Shown: positions 1 through 8,555 of the stretch, piece after piece
Position numbering within the stretch: the first letter of the stretch is position 1
Layout: each line of letters opens with the position of its first letter
Source: Oscillospiraceae bacterium
GTDB taxonomy: Bacteria > Bacillota > Clostridia > Oscillospirales > CAG-272
Length of the DNA: 49,126 nt
Reading direction: 5' to 3'
NCBI GenBank assembly: GCA_015064545.1
Contig: SVSA01000003.1
Coordinates: 1-49,126, forward strand
The notes under the pieces: generated by a model
What the model was told of the DNA's origin: nothing
Database searches by the model: none
Seen by the model: only the letters and a program-made list of their open reading frames with translations
Program-made: the position numbers and the translations under genes

Positions 1-15
1 ATATTTTCTTGGCAT
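1..15 (-). CDS. 5' end of a gene running off the left edge (MPRKY...)
   Basis: CAT at 13-15, with a GGGGG RBS-like run on the minus strand at 23-27. Only 5 codons are visible. Confidence 0.4.
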
Positions 16-152
16 ACAATTACCCCCTTGATATGGTATTTTAATTCTACCACATCAAGGGGGCTTTTGTCTATTGTCCGTTTTTAACGGACTTGTTCAA
101 TTTACGCGGGGCAACTTTTTTATGTGTTAAGTAACTGCGGAGTGAAACCGAA

Positions 153-1406
153 TTACTTGCGCTTCTTGGCAACCACGGCAGTGCCGAGAATACCGATCAC
201 AGCAACGAGTGCTACGACAGAGAGTACATCGCCCTGAGGAGGAACGACAACGTCATCGGTGGATACTTCGGGAGCCTGAGTTTCGGGAGCAGGAGCCAAT
301 GTGCTGTGAATGTCAGCGAGCTTTTCGGCAACCGACCAGTTCAAGCTGTAACCGGTACCATAATCAGTACCGTCGGCCTTAAAGTGAACACGGTTGGGGA
401 AAGCGTGGGTGTCGGGCAAGCCAAGATCGAAACCGTCCAGAATCATCTCGAGCTTAGTGCCATCCTGTGCCTCAACAGTTCCGAAGAGGCGAACATCAAG
501 GTTAGCAACATTGTTCGCAGGATAGAAGCCGTTGACGATGTTAACTTCGTTGAAGTAGGAGTTTGAACCATCCTTAGCGGCGGCAAGGTAAGCGGAGTTG
601 GTGAAGCGCCAAACATAGTCGTTGACAACCTCAATAACATCGGAAACATTGTAAGCCCAGTTGGAGTAAGTCCAGTTACCGGTGACGGCAATCTTAACGT
701 CAGCTGCAGGAGCCTTCATCGGCTTGTTGAAGACAACGTAAACATACTCGTGCTCCCAACCGTCGGCGGTCTCATTTTCTTTAGGAGAGAAGGCAACAGC
801 AGTAAGAGGATTAAGGCTAGGAACAGGAATAGCATCCACAGAAGCGGCGGTGCCCTTGAGGAGCTTATAGCCATGACGGGCATCACCGTTCAGAGCGTCG
901 TTCAGAAGATCTTTGGTGGTATCAAGGGCAAGGGTTTCGGAACCATCGGCGGTCGTAACCGTACCGATCAGTGCATAGTAGAAAATAGCATCGATGCCAA
1001 CATTGGTCTTGAAGTGATTCTTTTCGCCAGCTGCACAGTTGGTCAAAAACCAGCTACCGGCTGCACCCTCAGAGGGGGTATTGATATCAAACTTCCAAAC
1101 CTGATCGGAAACAGCGGTAACAAAGGGCTTATCCATGCGGCGAGTGTAGCGCCAGTTTTCAGTAGGCTTGGATTCGTCGGTCGGCCAAGCGTAACCAACG
1201 AGGGAAAGAGCAACACCGTCTTCAGCAACAGGGGCCTTAACCTTCTTGTTGAATACAACATAAGCGTATCCGGGATCGTTATCTACTGTGTAGAAAGCGG
1301 CGGAGAGGGGAGCGGAAGTGCTGGCAGCCGAAGCACTGACAGCAAACATAGCCATCATGCCGACCAGCATGGTGAGTGCGAGGAATACGGAAAAAATCTT
1401 TTTCAT
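153..1406 (-). CDS. Secreted surface protein with two tandem copies of an uncharacterised beta-rich domain and a C-terminal VVPPQGD-TM-KKRK anchor
   Basis: Signal peptide MKKIFSVFLALTMLVGMMAMFAVSASA. Internal repeat YAYVVFNKKVKAP...GTVTTADG / YVYVVFNKPMKAP...GTVEAQDG. C-terminus APETQAP..VVPPQGD-hydrophobic-KKRK. RBS AGGAG upstream. Confidence 0.85.
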   Translation of the reverse strand: MKKIFSVFLALTMLVGMMAMFAVSASAASTSAPLSAAFYTVDNDPGYAYVVFNKKVKAPVAEDGVALSLVGYAWPTDESKPTENWRYTRRMDKPFVTAVSDQVWKFDINTPSEGAAGSWFLTNCAAGEKNHFKTNVGIDAIFYYALIGTVTTADGSETLALDTTKDLLNDALNGDARHGYKLLKGTAASVDAIPVPSLNPLTAVAFSPKENETADGWEHEYVYVVFNKPMKAPAADVKIAVTGNWTYSNWAYNVSDVIEVVNDYVWRFTNSAYLAAAKDGSNSYFNEVNIVNGFYPANNVANLDVRLFGTVEAQDGTKLEMILDGFDLGLPDTHAFPNRVHFKADGTDYGTGYSLNWSVAEKLADIHSTLAPAPETQAPEVSTDDVVVPPQGDVLSVVALVAVIGILGTAVVAKKRK

Positions 1407-1593
1407 ATTCTTTCTCCTTAATATAAATTTGATACCATGATTGGCGTGACATGAAAACGCGAGGCGAATTTCGATACGTCTGCCAATCGGTTATTATCAT
1501 TATAACAAAGGAACAGGTTCAAAACAATGTCACATTTTTACGTGCAAAGGACAAAATTTGTCTTTTGAACAATTTGTGGACAAAAAATGTGCC

Positions 1594-1632
1594 AAAAAAA
1601 AGACACGGAGTGTGCGCAGGGCACACTCCGTG
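1594..1632 (-). terminator. Rho-independent terminator after 1641..2513
   Basis: 12-bp stem cacggagtgtgc/gcacactccgtg, followed on the minus strand by a U-tract. Confidence 0.85.
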
Positions 1633-1640
1633 AAAGCGGA

Positions 1641-2513
1641 TTATTTCTTTTTCTTGGCAACAACAACGACAACGATGACAACGACGACGACAACAGCGGC
1701 GACGATGCCGATGATGAGGCCGAGGCTGCTGTCTGCGGCCGGCTTTTCAGCGGGATCGGTCGTAGGAGCGTTGGTGGTGGCTGCGGGCTCGGTATCGGGA
1801 GCGTCGGTCGTGCCGGGCTGCTGAGTAGCCGGAGGCTCGGTGGCGGGGGGCACAGTGGCAGGGGGCTCGGTATCGGGCTTATCGGGAATGAATTCGTAAA
1901 CCGAACCAACGGTCAGAACCGCAAAGGTGGAGTTGTCCTTATCGGTCTTGATGATCATGTGACCGGGCTGGGTGGTCATACCATTGGGATCGTCAACGGC
2001 GAGCTCATACTCAAAAGCCTGAACGCCATTAGCGGTGGTCAGCGGATCGCCGAGAAGAGCGTAGTACCAGTAGCCACCATGAGGATCAACGGCGATGGGA
2101 CCCTCGGCATTGATGTTCAGACCGCCGAGACCCCACGGAATGTGGTCCATGGAGGGAGCGCCGTTCTGCATATTGGCAAACTTCATGACCTTGCCGCTTT
2201 CACCAACCATGCCCTGGTAGGTGTATTCAACGCGGGAAATGTCGCGAATGGTTTCGGGGTGATCGTCGCCCTCTGTAGGCCAACCCAGTGCGCAAAGCGA
2301 GAAGATGACGGTGGCCTCCTCAGCAGGCTCGGACATCGGCTCGTCGAACAGCAGGTAGACATAGGGATCGTTGGCAACCGAGTAGATTCTTACGCCTACA
2401 TCGGCGGTAACAACCTCTTCGTCGGTGCCTTCGGCCGAAGCGCTGACAGCAAACAGAGCCGTCATGCCGACCAGAAGCGAGAGTGCGAGGAACAGTGTAA
2501 GAAGTTTCTTCAT
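1641..2513 (-). CDS. Secreted, C-terminally membrane-anchored protein; paralogue of 153..1406 with one domain copy
   Basis: Signal peptide very similar to 153..1406. Shared motifs IYSVANDPYVYLLFDEPM, GWPT, YYALLG..TTANG. Pro/Thr linker, then SSLGLIIGIVAAVVVVVVIVVVVVAKKKK. Confidence 0.85.
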   Translation of the reverse strand: MKKLLTLFLALSLLVGMTALFAVSASAEGTDEEVVTADVGVRIYSVANDPYVYLLFDEPMSEPAEEATVIFSLCALGWPTEGDDHPETIRDISRVEYTYQGMVGESGKVMKFANMQNGAPSMDHIPWGLGGLNINAEGPIAVDPHGGYWYYALLGDPLTTANGVQAFEYELAVDDPNGMTTQPGHMIIKTDKDNSTFAVLTVGSVYEFIPDKPDTEPPATVPPATEPPATQQPGTTDAPDTEPAATTNAPTTDPAEKPAADSSLGLIIGIVAAVVVVVVIVVVVVAKKKK

Positions 2514-2756
2514 ATTCGTTCTCCTTTGGAATCAGGGGAGGGAAATCCCCTTGTAATTACATTCATTTTAACAAAAAAAACGGGTGAAGACAATGACGTT
2601 TTTTTACCTGCCGTGGACGGATTCTGCTCTCTTTGAAGTTGTCGGGGTGGGGAACAAGGCTTGATGGCTTGGGATGGCCGAAAAAGGGACTGAACGGCGG
2701 TTTTTGCCCGGGTTTTAACGAAGATTTCATGAATCGGAACATATCTTTGTCAATTG

Positions 2757-2822
2757 CCTACTCATGTAACATTTTTTTGTTAGTTTTGACAGGCACAAAA
2801 GTCAAAATGTTACATGAGTAGG
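2757..2822. promoter_or_regulatory. Perfect 19-bp inverted repeat (candidate operator) just upstream of the catabolic operon promoter
   Basis: cctactcatgtaacatttt (2757-2775) and aaaatgttacatgagtagg (2804-2822). Confidence 0.6.
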
Positions 2823-2835
2823 TAAAAAAATACCA

Positions 2836-2864
2836 TTGACAAATGGGGGGTAAAACAGTATAAT
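2836..2864 (+). promoter_or_regulatory. Sigma-A promoter of the 3025..10750 operon
   Basis: TTGACA (2836-2841), 17 bp spacer, TATAAT (2859-2864). Confidence 0.85.
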
Positions 2865-3024
2865 AAATTATGGAAAATTAAGAAAAATATAAGCCCGTCT
2901 TTCCTTGTCTACCGTAACGGAAAACGCTTGTATGTCAGTGCCGTTTCGCTATGGTCGAAGCGGCATTCCGTGTTTTTACGGAACATGTTAATTTGTGAAC
3001 TTTATTAAAGGAGATATAAATTTT

Positions 3025-4392
3025 ATGGAAGCAAAAGTGTTTGTTGGTGAACTGATTGCCAAGGCCAGAAAGGCGCAGCAGGCGTACGAGTCCTTCACGC
3101 AGGAGCAAGCGGATGCGATTGTCCGCGCTTGCGCCAAGGCCGTCTACGATAATGCCGAATATCTCGCGCGTCTTGCCGTTGACGAGACCCGCATGGGTGT
3201 GTACGAGCATAAGATTCAGAAGAACCTCGGTAAATCCAAGGTCATCTGGAACGACCTGAAGACCAAGAAATCGGTTGGCATTCTCAGCCGTAATGAGGAG
3301 ACCGGTATCACCGAGATCGCCCGTCCTGTCGGTGTGGTAGCCGCGATCACGCCCTGCACCAATCCGGTTGTTACTCCCATGTGTAATGCCATGTTTGCGC
3401 TCAAGGGCTTGAATGCGATTATCGTCGGCCCGCATCCCCGTTCCAAGAAGGTTTCCACCGAAACCGTCCGTCTGATGAACGAGGCAATTGCGAAGCTGGG
3501 CGCTCCCGAAAACTTGATTCAGATTATCGAAGAGCCCTCGGTCGAGCTGTCGGCAGAGCTGATGAAGGCGGCCGATGTGGTCGTAGCAACCGGCGGTATG
3601 CCGATGGTTCGCTCGGCATATTCCAGCGGTAAGCCCGCTTACGGCGTCGGTGCCGGTAACGTACAGTGTATCTTTGACCGCGGTATCGACTACGCCAAGG
3701 AGGTTCCGATGGCTGTAGAGGGCCGTGCCTTTGATAACGGTATCATCTGCTCGGGTGAGCAGACCGCTATCATTGCCGAGGAAGATTACGAGACGGTTAT
3801 TGCCGAGTTCGTCAAGGCCGGCTGCTTCTATATCGACGATGAAGCTACGGTTACCAAGCTGACCGAAACCATCTTCCCCGATGGCGTGATGAATAAGAAC
3901 CTTGTCGGTGTTTCGGCGCTCAAGATTGCCGAGGCGGCCGGTATCGAGGTGCCGGAGGGTACCCGTGTCCTGCTCGTCAAGGCACCCGGCTACGGTAAGG
4001 GCTTCCTTCTCTCCAAGGAGAAGATGTGCCCCGTCATCTCGACCTATACCTACAAGACCTTCGAGGAGGCTGTGGCAATCGCACAGGCAAACCTCGATGT
4101 CGAAGGACGCGGTCACAGCGTTTCGCTTCATTCGTATAATAAGGAACACATTGAGTACGCCGGTGAGCGCCTGACGGTTTCCCGCGTACTGATCAATCAG
4201 ATTTGCTCGACCATGAACGGCGGTAGCCTCTTCAACGGTCTGACTCCCACAACGACGCTCGGCTGTGCTTCGTGGGGTAATAACAGCATCTCGGAAAACT
4301 TCTCCTATAAGTTCCTCCTCAATGTCATTCGCGTTGCCTACCGTCTGCCCGACGCCAAGGCTCCCACGGACGAGGAAATTTGGGCGGAGTAA
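3025..4392 (+). CDS. CoA-acylating aldehyde dehydrogenase, succinate-semialdehyde dehydrogenase (succinyl-CoA reductase)-like
   Basis: Motifs TPCTNPVVTPMCNAM, ATGG, FDNGIICSGEQ (catalytic Cys), KEKMCP, TTTLGCASWGNNSISEN. Closely resembles my recollection of the Clostridium kluyveri succinyl-CoA reductase. ATG 3025 follows AAGGAG. Confidence 0.9.
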   Translation: MEAKVFVGELIAKARKAQQAYESFTQEQADAIVRACAKAVYDNAEYLARLAVDETRMGVYEHKIQKNLGKSKVIWNDLKTKKSVGILSRNEETGITEIARPVGVVAAITPCTNPVVTPMCNAMFALKGLNAIIVGPHPRSKKVSTETVRLMNEAIAKLGAPENLIQIIEEPSVELSAELMKAADVVVATGGMPMVRSAYSSGKPAYGVGAGNVQCIFDRGIDYAKEVPMAVEGRAFDNGIICSGEQTAIIAEEDYETVIAEFVKAGCFYIDDEATVTKLTETIFPDGVMNKNLVGVSALKIAEAAGIEVPEGTRVLLVKAPGYGKGFLLSKEKMCPVISTYTYKTFEEAVAIAQANLDVEGRGHSVSLHSYNKEHIEYAGERLTVSRVLINQICSTMNGGSLFNGLTPTTTLGCASWGNNSISENFSYKFLLNVIRVAYRLPDAKAPTDEEIWAE

Positions 4393-4416
4393 TCGTCATT
4401 GTTCAATGTCGCTAAC

Positions 4417-4450
4417 ATCCGCCCGCGCCCGGAAACGGGCACGGGCGGAT
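4417..4450 (+). other. GC-rich intergenic hairpin with GAAA tetraloop and no U-tract
   Basis: atccgcccgcgcccg-gaaa-cgggcacgggcggat between the first two genes of the operon. Confidence 0.6.
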
Positions 4451-4493
4451 CGTGGCGCAAACGATACACTTTGAAAGGAAAAGGAACGAATTC

Positions 4494-5645
4494 ATGGATT
4501 TAATGGAATACAGAGCCCAAGGGTTGTTTGCCAAATTCGGCGTTCCCTGCAATGCAGGTGTTGTCGTGGACAGCCTGGAGGAGCTTGAGGCGAAACAGGA
4601 CGAGCTCCGTTATCCGCTCGTGATTAAGGCTCAGGTCAAGATCGGCGGACGAGGCAAGGCCGGCGGTATCAAGTTCGCCGATAATTTTGAGGAGGCTAAG
4701 GCAGCTGCCGAGGCCATTCTCGGCATGAACATCAAGGGGCATATCGTTAAAAAGCTTATGCTGGTCGAAAAGAAGGAGATTGCTCGCGAGTTCTATCTGT
4801 CTGTTATGCTCGACCGCGGCACAAAGTGTCCCGTTTTCATCTTCTCGCCCGAGGGCGGTATGGATATCGAGACGCTCGCCAAGGAGCAGCCCGAAAAAAT
4901 CTTCAAGACGGTGGTTACACCCGGCTTCGGAGCCAAAGATTATATCGCAAATTATTTTGCCGCCAAGGCCGGCTTAGATAAGGCACAGACCAAGGAGCTT
5001 GCGGTGGTGATCAAGAATCTTTACAAGCTCTTCTGTGACTATCATTGTCTTCTTTGCGAAATCAATCCGCTTGTTCTGGATCCTAACGGACACATTATGG
5101 CTCTCGACGGTAAGGTGTCGATCGACGACAGCGCTGTCGTTAAGCTTCCTGACATTGCTGCGCCCGAGGCAGGCGAGAACATTGAACCCCTTGTGAAAGA
5201 GGCTGCGGATTTCAACTTCCTGTATATCCCCTGCGATCCCGAGGGCGATGTTGCTGTTGTTTCGAACGGATCGGGCATGATCATGTCCTGCATCGATCAC
5301 ATTGCCAAGCACGGCTATAAGGTTCGTGCCTCGCTGGATCTCGGCGGCGGTGCGACGGCCGACCGTATTAAAGAGGCGGTTCGCATTATTCTTGCCGATC
5401 CTAAGATTGATACGCTGTTTATCAATATTTTCGGCGGTATTACCCGTTGCTCCGAGGTTGCGCTTGGCATCAAGGGTGCCATTGAGGAGTATGGTATTAC
5501 CTCGCCGATCATTGTCCGCTTTGAGGGCACCAACAAGGAGATTGCGCTTGAGACGATCAAGCCGCTGACCACGGTTATCTATGCCGACGGTCTGATCTCC
5601 GGCGTCGAAGAGCTCTGCAAGCTGAAAGAGGGAGGAAATCACTGA
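4494..5645 (+). CDS. sucC: Succinyl-CoA synthetase (ADP-forming acyl-CoA ligase) beta subunit family
   Basis: KAQVKIGGRGKAGG, ATP-grasp EINPL, LDLGGGA, NIFGGITRC. Starts MDLMEY. Confidence 0.88.
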   Translation: MDLMEYRAQGLFAKFGVPCNAGVVVDSLEELEAKQDELRYPLVIKAQVKIGGRGKAGGIKFADNFEEAKAAAEAILGMNIKGHIVKKLMLVEKKEIAREFYLSVMLDRGTKCPVFIFSPEGGMDIETLAKEQPEKIFKTVVTPGFGAKDYIANYFAAKAGLDKAQTKELAVVIKNLYKLFCDYHCLLCEINPLVLDPNGHIMALDGKVSIDDSAVVKLPDIAAPEAGENIEPLVKEAADFNFLYIPCDPEGDVAVVSNGSGMIMSCIDHIAKHGYKVRASLDLGGGATADRIKEAVRIILADPKIDTLFINIFGGITRCSEVALGIKGAIEEYGITSPIIVRFEGTNKEIALETIKPLTTVIYADGLISGVEELCKLKEGGNH

Positions 5646-6517
5646 TGAGTATTCTTGTTGATGAAAATACCCGGTTAATCATCCAGGGTATCACGGGCCG
5701 AGAGGGTACCTTCCACTGCGAGCAGATGCTGCAGTACGGTACGAACGTGGTAGCCGGTGTCACCCCCGGTAAGGGCGGCCAGGAGGTTCTCGGCGTTCCG
5801 GTATTCAATACGGTAAGAGAAGCGGTTGAGGCTACCGGTGCCAATGCCTCGGTTATCTTTGTGCCCGCCATGCACACGGCTGCCGGCGTTTACGAGGCGC
5901 TGGATGCCGGCATCAAGACGATTATGACCATTGCCGAGCATGTGCCGGTTCACGATATGATGGGTGTGTATCACGCTGCCCGAATGAAGGGTGCTCGCGT
6001 GATCGGACCGAACTCCTTCGGTGTTATTTCCCCCGGCAAGTCCAAGGCAGGCTTCATGGCACATCGCATTTTTAAGCCCGGTCATGTCGGTCTGATGTCC
6101 CGTTCGGCTACCAACTGCTACGAAACGGTCTTCATGATGTCCAATGCCGGTATCGGTCAGTCGACCTGTGTCGGTGTCGGCGGTGATATGATTCCCGGCT
6201 CCACCTTTACCGATATCCTGCCCCTCTTTGAGGCAGATCCTGAGACGAAGGCGATCGTTATGATCGGCGAAATCGGCGGAAACGAAGAGGAACTGGCGGC
6301 TGAGTACATTAAGAATCATGTGACCAAGCCGGTGATCGCCCTGATTGCCGGTAAGAATGCCCCGAAGGGCAAGAGCATGGGACACGCCGGTGCGATCGTA
6401 TCGGCTGACGGTACCGGCAGTGCCGAGAACAAGGAAAAAGCGCTTCGTGCCGCCGGTGTTCATATTGCCGAAACCACAACGCATATCGTTGATATCCTGA
6501 AATCGTTAAATCTTTGA
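5645..6517 (+). CDS. sucD: Succinyl-CoA synthetase (ADP-forming acyl-CoA ligase) alpha subunit family
   Basis: [24 protein letters not shown] and phospho-His motif MGHAGA. Translationally coupled to the beta subunit. Confidence 0.9.
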   Translation: MSILVDENTRLIIQGITGREGTFHCEQMLQYGTNVVAGVTPGKGGQEVLGVPVFNTVREAVEATGANASVIFVPAMHTAAGVYEALDAGIKTIMTIAEHVPVHDMMGVYHAARMKGARVIGPNSFGVISPGKSKAGFMAHRIFKPGHVGLMSRSATNCYETVFMMSNAGIGQSTCVGVGGDMIPGSTFTDILPLFEADPETKAIVMIGEIGGNEEELAAEYIKNHVTKPVIALIAGKNAPKGKSMGHAGAIVSADGTGSAENKEKALRAAGVHIAETTTHIVDILKSLNL

Positions 6518-6534
6518 TACGGAGGCAACATAAT

Positions 6535-7500
6535 ATGGAAAATCAGCAGTTACTCGATATTTATTTTATGATGCATAAGATCCGTAAGTTTGAGGAAAAG
6601 GCTCTTCATCTGTTTGAAGCCAACAAGCTGCGCGGATCGGTTCACCTTTGCATCGGCCAGGAGGCTACGCCTGCTACCGTGTGCTCCCTTTTGAACGAGG
6701 ATGATTATATCACCAGTACCCACCGCGGACATGGACACTGCATTGCCAAGGGTGCCGATGTACGCTATGCACTCGCTGAGCTGATGGGAAGATCCACCGG
6801 TTACTGCAAGGGCCGTGGCGGCTCCATGCATATTGCCGATTTTACCAAGGGTAATCTCGGTGCCAACGCGATTGTCGGCGGCGGTATTCCGATTGCTGTC
6901 GGTGCTGCTCTCGCGTCCAAGATGCAGAATGAGGGCAAGGTTGCCATTTCCTTCTTCGGCGACTCGGCCTCGAACGAAGGTACCTTCCACGAATCGCTGA
7001 ACCTGGCTTCTGTCTGGAAGCTCCCTGTGGTTTTTGTTTGCGAAAACAATCTGTACGGTATCTCGGTTCCCTCGTGGCAGAGCACCTCGGTAAAGGATAT
7101 TGCCGTGCGCGGCGAGGGCTACAATATGCCGTATGTTGTTGTTGACGGTAACAAGCCCGATGAAATTGAAAAGGCGGCTCGCGCCGCCATTGAACGCGCT
7201 CGTGCCGGCGAAGGCCCGACGCTGATTGAATGCAAGACCTACCGTTGGCTTGGTCACTGGACCGGCGACCCGACACCTTACCGTACCAAGGAAGAGGTTG
7301 AGGAATGGAAGAAGAAATGTCCGATTGCCTACACCAGAAAGCTGCTTGAGGAGCAGGGCGTTGCTCCTGCCGATCTGGATGCTCTGGAAGCCAAGGCGCA
7401 GGCATTGGTCGATGAAGCCGAAACCTTTGCGTTGAACAGTCCCGAGCCCGATCCCGCACAGGTTCTTGAAGATGTATTCTACGACGGGGGTGACAACTGA
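6535..7500 (+). CDS. ThDP-dependent dehydrogenase E1 alpha subunit (acetoin/pyruvate dehydrogenase-like)
   Basis: HLCIGQEA, STHRGHGH, GRGGSMH, ThDP motif GDSASNEG...ENN, TYRWLGH. RBS GGAGG. Confidence 0.9.
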   Translation: MENQQLLDIYFMMHKIRKFEEKALHLFEANKLRGSVHLCIGQEATPATVCSLLNEDDYITSTHRGHGHCIAKGADVRYALAELMGRSTGYCKGRGGSMHIADFTKGNLGANAIVGGGIPIAVGAALASKMQNEGKVAISFFGDSASNEGTFHESLNLASVWKLPVVFVCENNLYGISVPSWQSTSVKDIAVRGEGYNMPYVVVDGNKPDEIEKAARAAIERARAGEGPTLIECKTYRWLGHWTGDPTPYRTKEEVEEWKKKCPIAYTRKLLEEQGVAPADLDALEAKAQALVDEAETFALNSPEPDPAQVLEDVFYDGGDN

Positions 7501-8483
7501 TGATTAAGAGTTATGCACAGGCGATCAAGGATGTGACCGCCGAAGAAATGAGACGTGACGAAAAGGTATTCGTCATGGGTGAGGACGTAGAGGTTCTTGG
7601 CGGTATCTTCGGATGCACCAGAGGTCTGGCCGACGAATTCGGTGTCGACCGTGTCCGCAATACGCCGATTTCCGAAGCCGGCTTTGTCGGCGCCGGCTTG
7701 GGTGCTGCTTGTTGCGGTATGAGACCGGTTGTTGAGCTGATGTATATGGACTTTGCCCTTGTTGCGCTCGATCAGATCGTGAATCAGGTGGCCAAGACCC
7801 GTTATATTTTCGGTGGTAAGGCCAGAATTCCGCTGGTGATTCGCGGCCAGCAGGGTGTCGGCCGCGGCAACGCCGCCACGCACTCGCAAAGCCTTGAGGT
7901 GCTGTTTACCCATTTCCCCGGCCTGAAGGTTGCGATGCCTTCGACTCCCGAGGATGCGGCCGGACTTCTCCGTACCGCCATCCGCGACGATAACCCTGTT
8001 GTCTTTATCGAGCATAAGGCACTGTATGTGAACAAAGGCCAGGTGCCGGATGATCCCAATTTCATGATTCCCTTTGGTAAGGCCAAGGTGGTACGCGAAG
8101 GTACCGACTGTACTGTTATTGCCACACATACCTATGTGCAAAAGGCAGTTGATATGGCCGAAAAGCTCTGGAAGGAGGAGGGTATCTCGGTTGAGGTAAT
8201 TGATCCCCGTACCCTCGTGCCCTTCGATAAGGAAACCGTGCTGAATTCGGTTAAGAAGACCGGCCGCGCCGTGGTTGTCCATGAAGCACATCGTGTTTGC
8301 GGTATCGGTGCTGAGATCGCTTCGGTTATCCAGGAGGAGGCCTTCCCGTACCTGGATGCTCCGGTGATTCGCTTGGGCGCTAAGCAGTGTCCGTTGCCCT
8401 TCAACCTCGGCTTGGAGAACGCGGTTGTTCCTCAGCCGCAGGATATCTATGACGCCGTTAAGAAGGCGCTCTGGTTGAAATAA
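7500..8483 (+). CDS. ThDP-dependent dehydrogenase E1 beta subunit
   Basis: GEDV, NTPISEAG, ATHSQS, FIEHK, IDPRTLVP. Confidence 0.9.
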   Translation: MIKSYAQAIKDVTAEEMRRDEKVFVMGEDVEVLGGIFGCTRGLADEFGVDRVRNTPISEAGFVGAGLGAACCGMRPVVELMYMDFALVALDQIVNQVAKTRYIFGGKARIPLVIRGQQGVGRGNAATHSQSLEVLFTHFPGLKVAMPSTPEDAAGLLRTAIRDDNPVVFIEHKALYVNKGQVPDDPNFMIPFGKAKVVREGTDCTVIATHTYVQKAVDMAEKLWKEEGISVEVIDPRTLVPFDKETVLNSVKKTGRAVVVHEAHRVCGIGAEIASVIQEEAFPYLDAPVIRLGAKQCPLPFNLGLENAVVPQPQDIYDAVKKALWLK

Positions 8484-8555
8484 AGGATTTGATTACCGGC
8501 CCCTGTCTGCACAAAGCGGACAGGGTTGCCGACATTATGAAAGGAATGGTATTCC

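Noticed and set aside
1436-1492. Stem (gattggc/gccaatc) in the leader of 153..1406 as a possible c-di-GMP riboswitch
   Set aside because: The conserved riboswitch nucleotides are not evident; it is only a generic hairpin.
1587-2636. Plus-strand ORF with a striking Asn/Asp-rich stretch
   Set aside because: It is the antisense of the poly-Val TM helix and linker of 1641..2513.
2865-3024. Structured ~150-nt leader (hairpins near 2939-2983) and a partial Rex-like box near 2986-3010
   Set aside because: I recognise no riboswitch consensus, and the Rex match is only about a half-site. An Rfam or position-weight-matrix scan would be needed.
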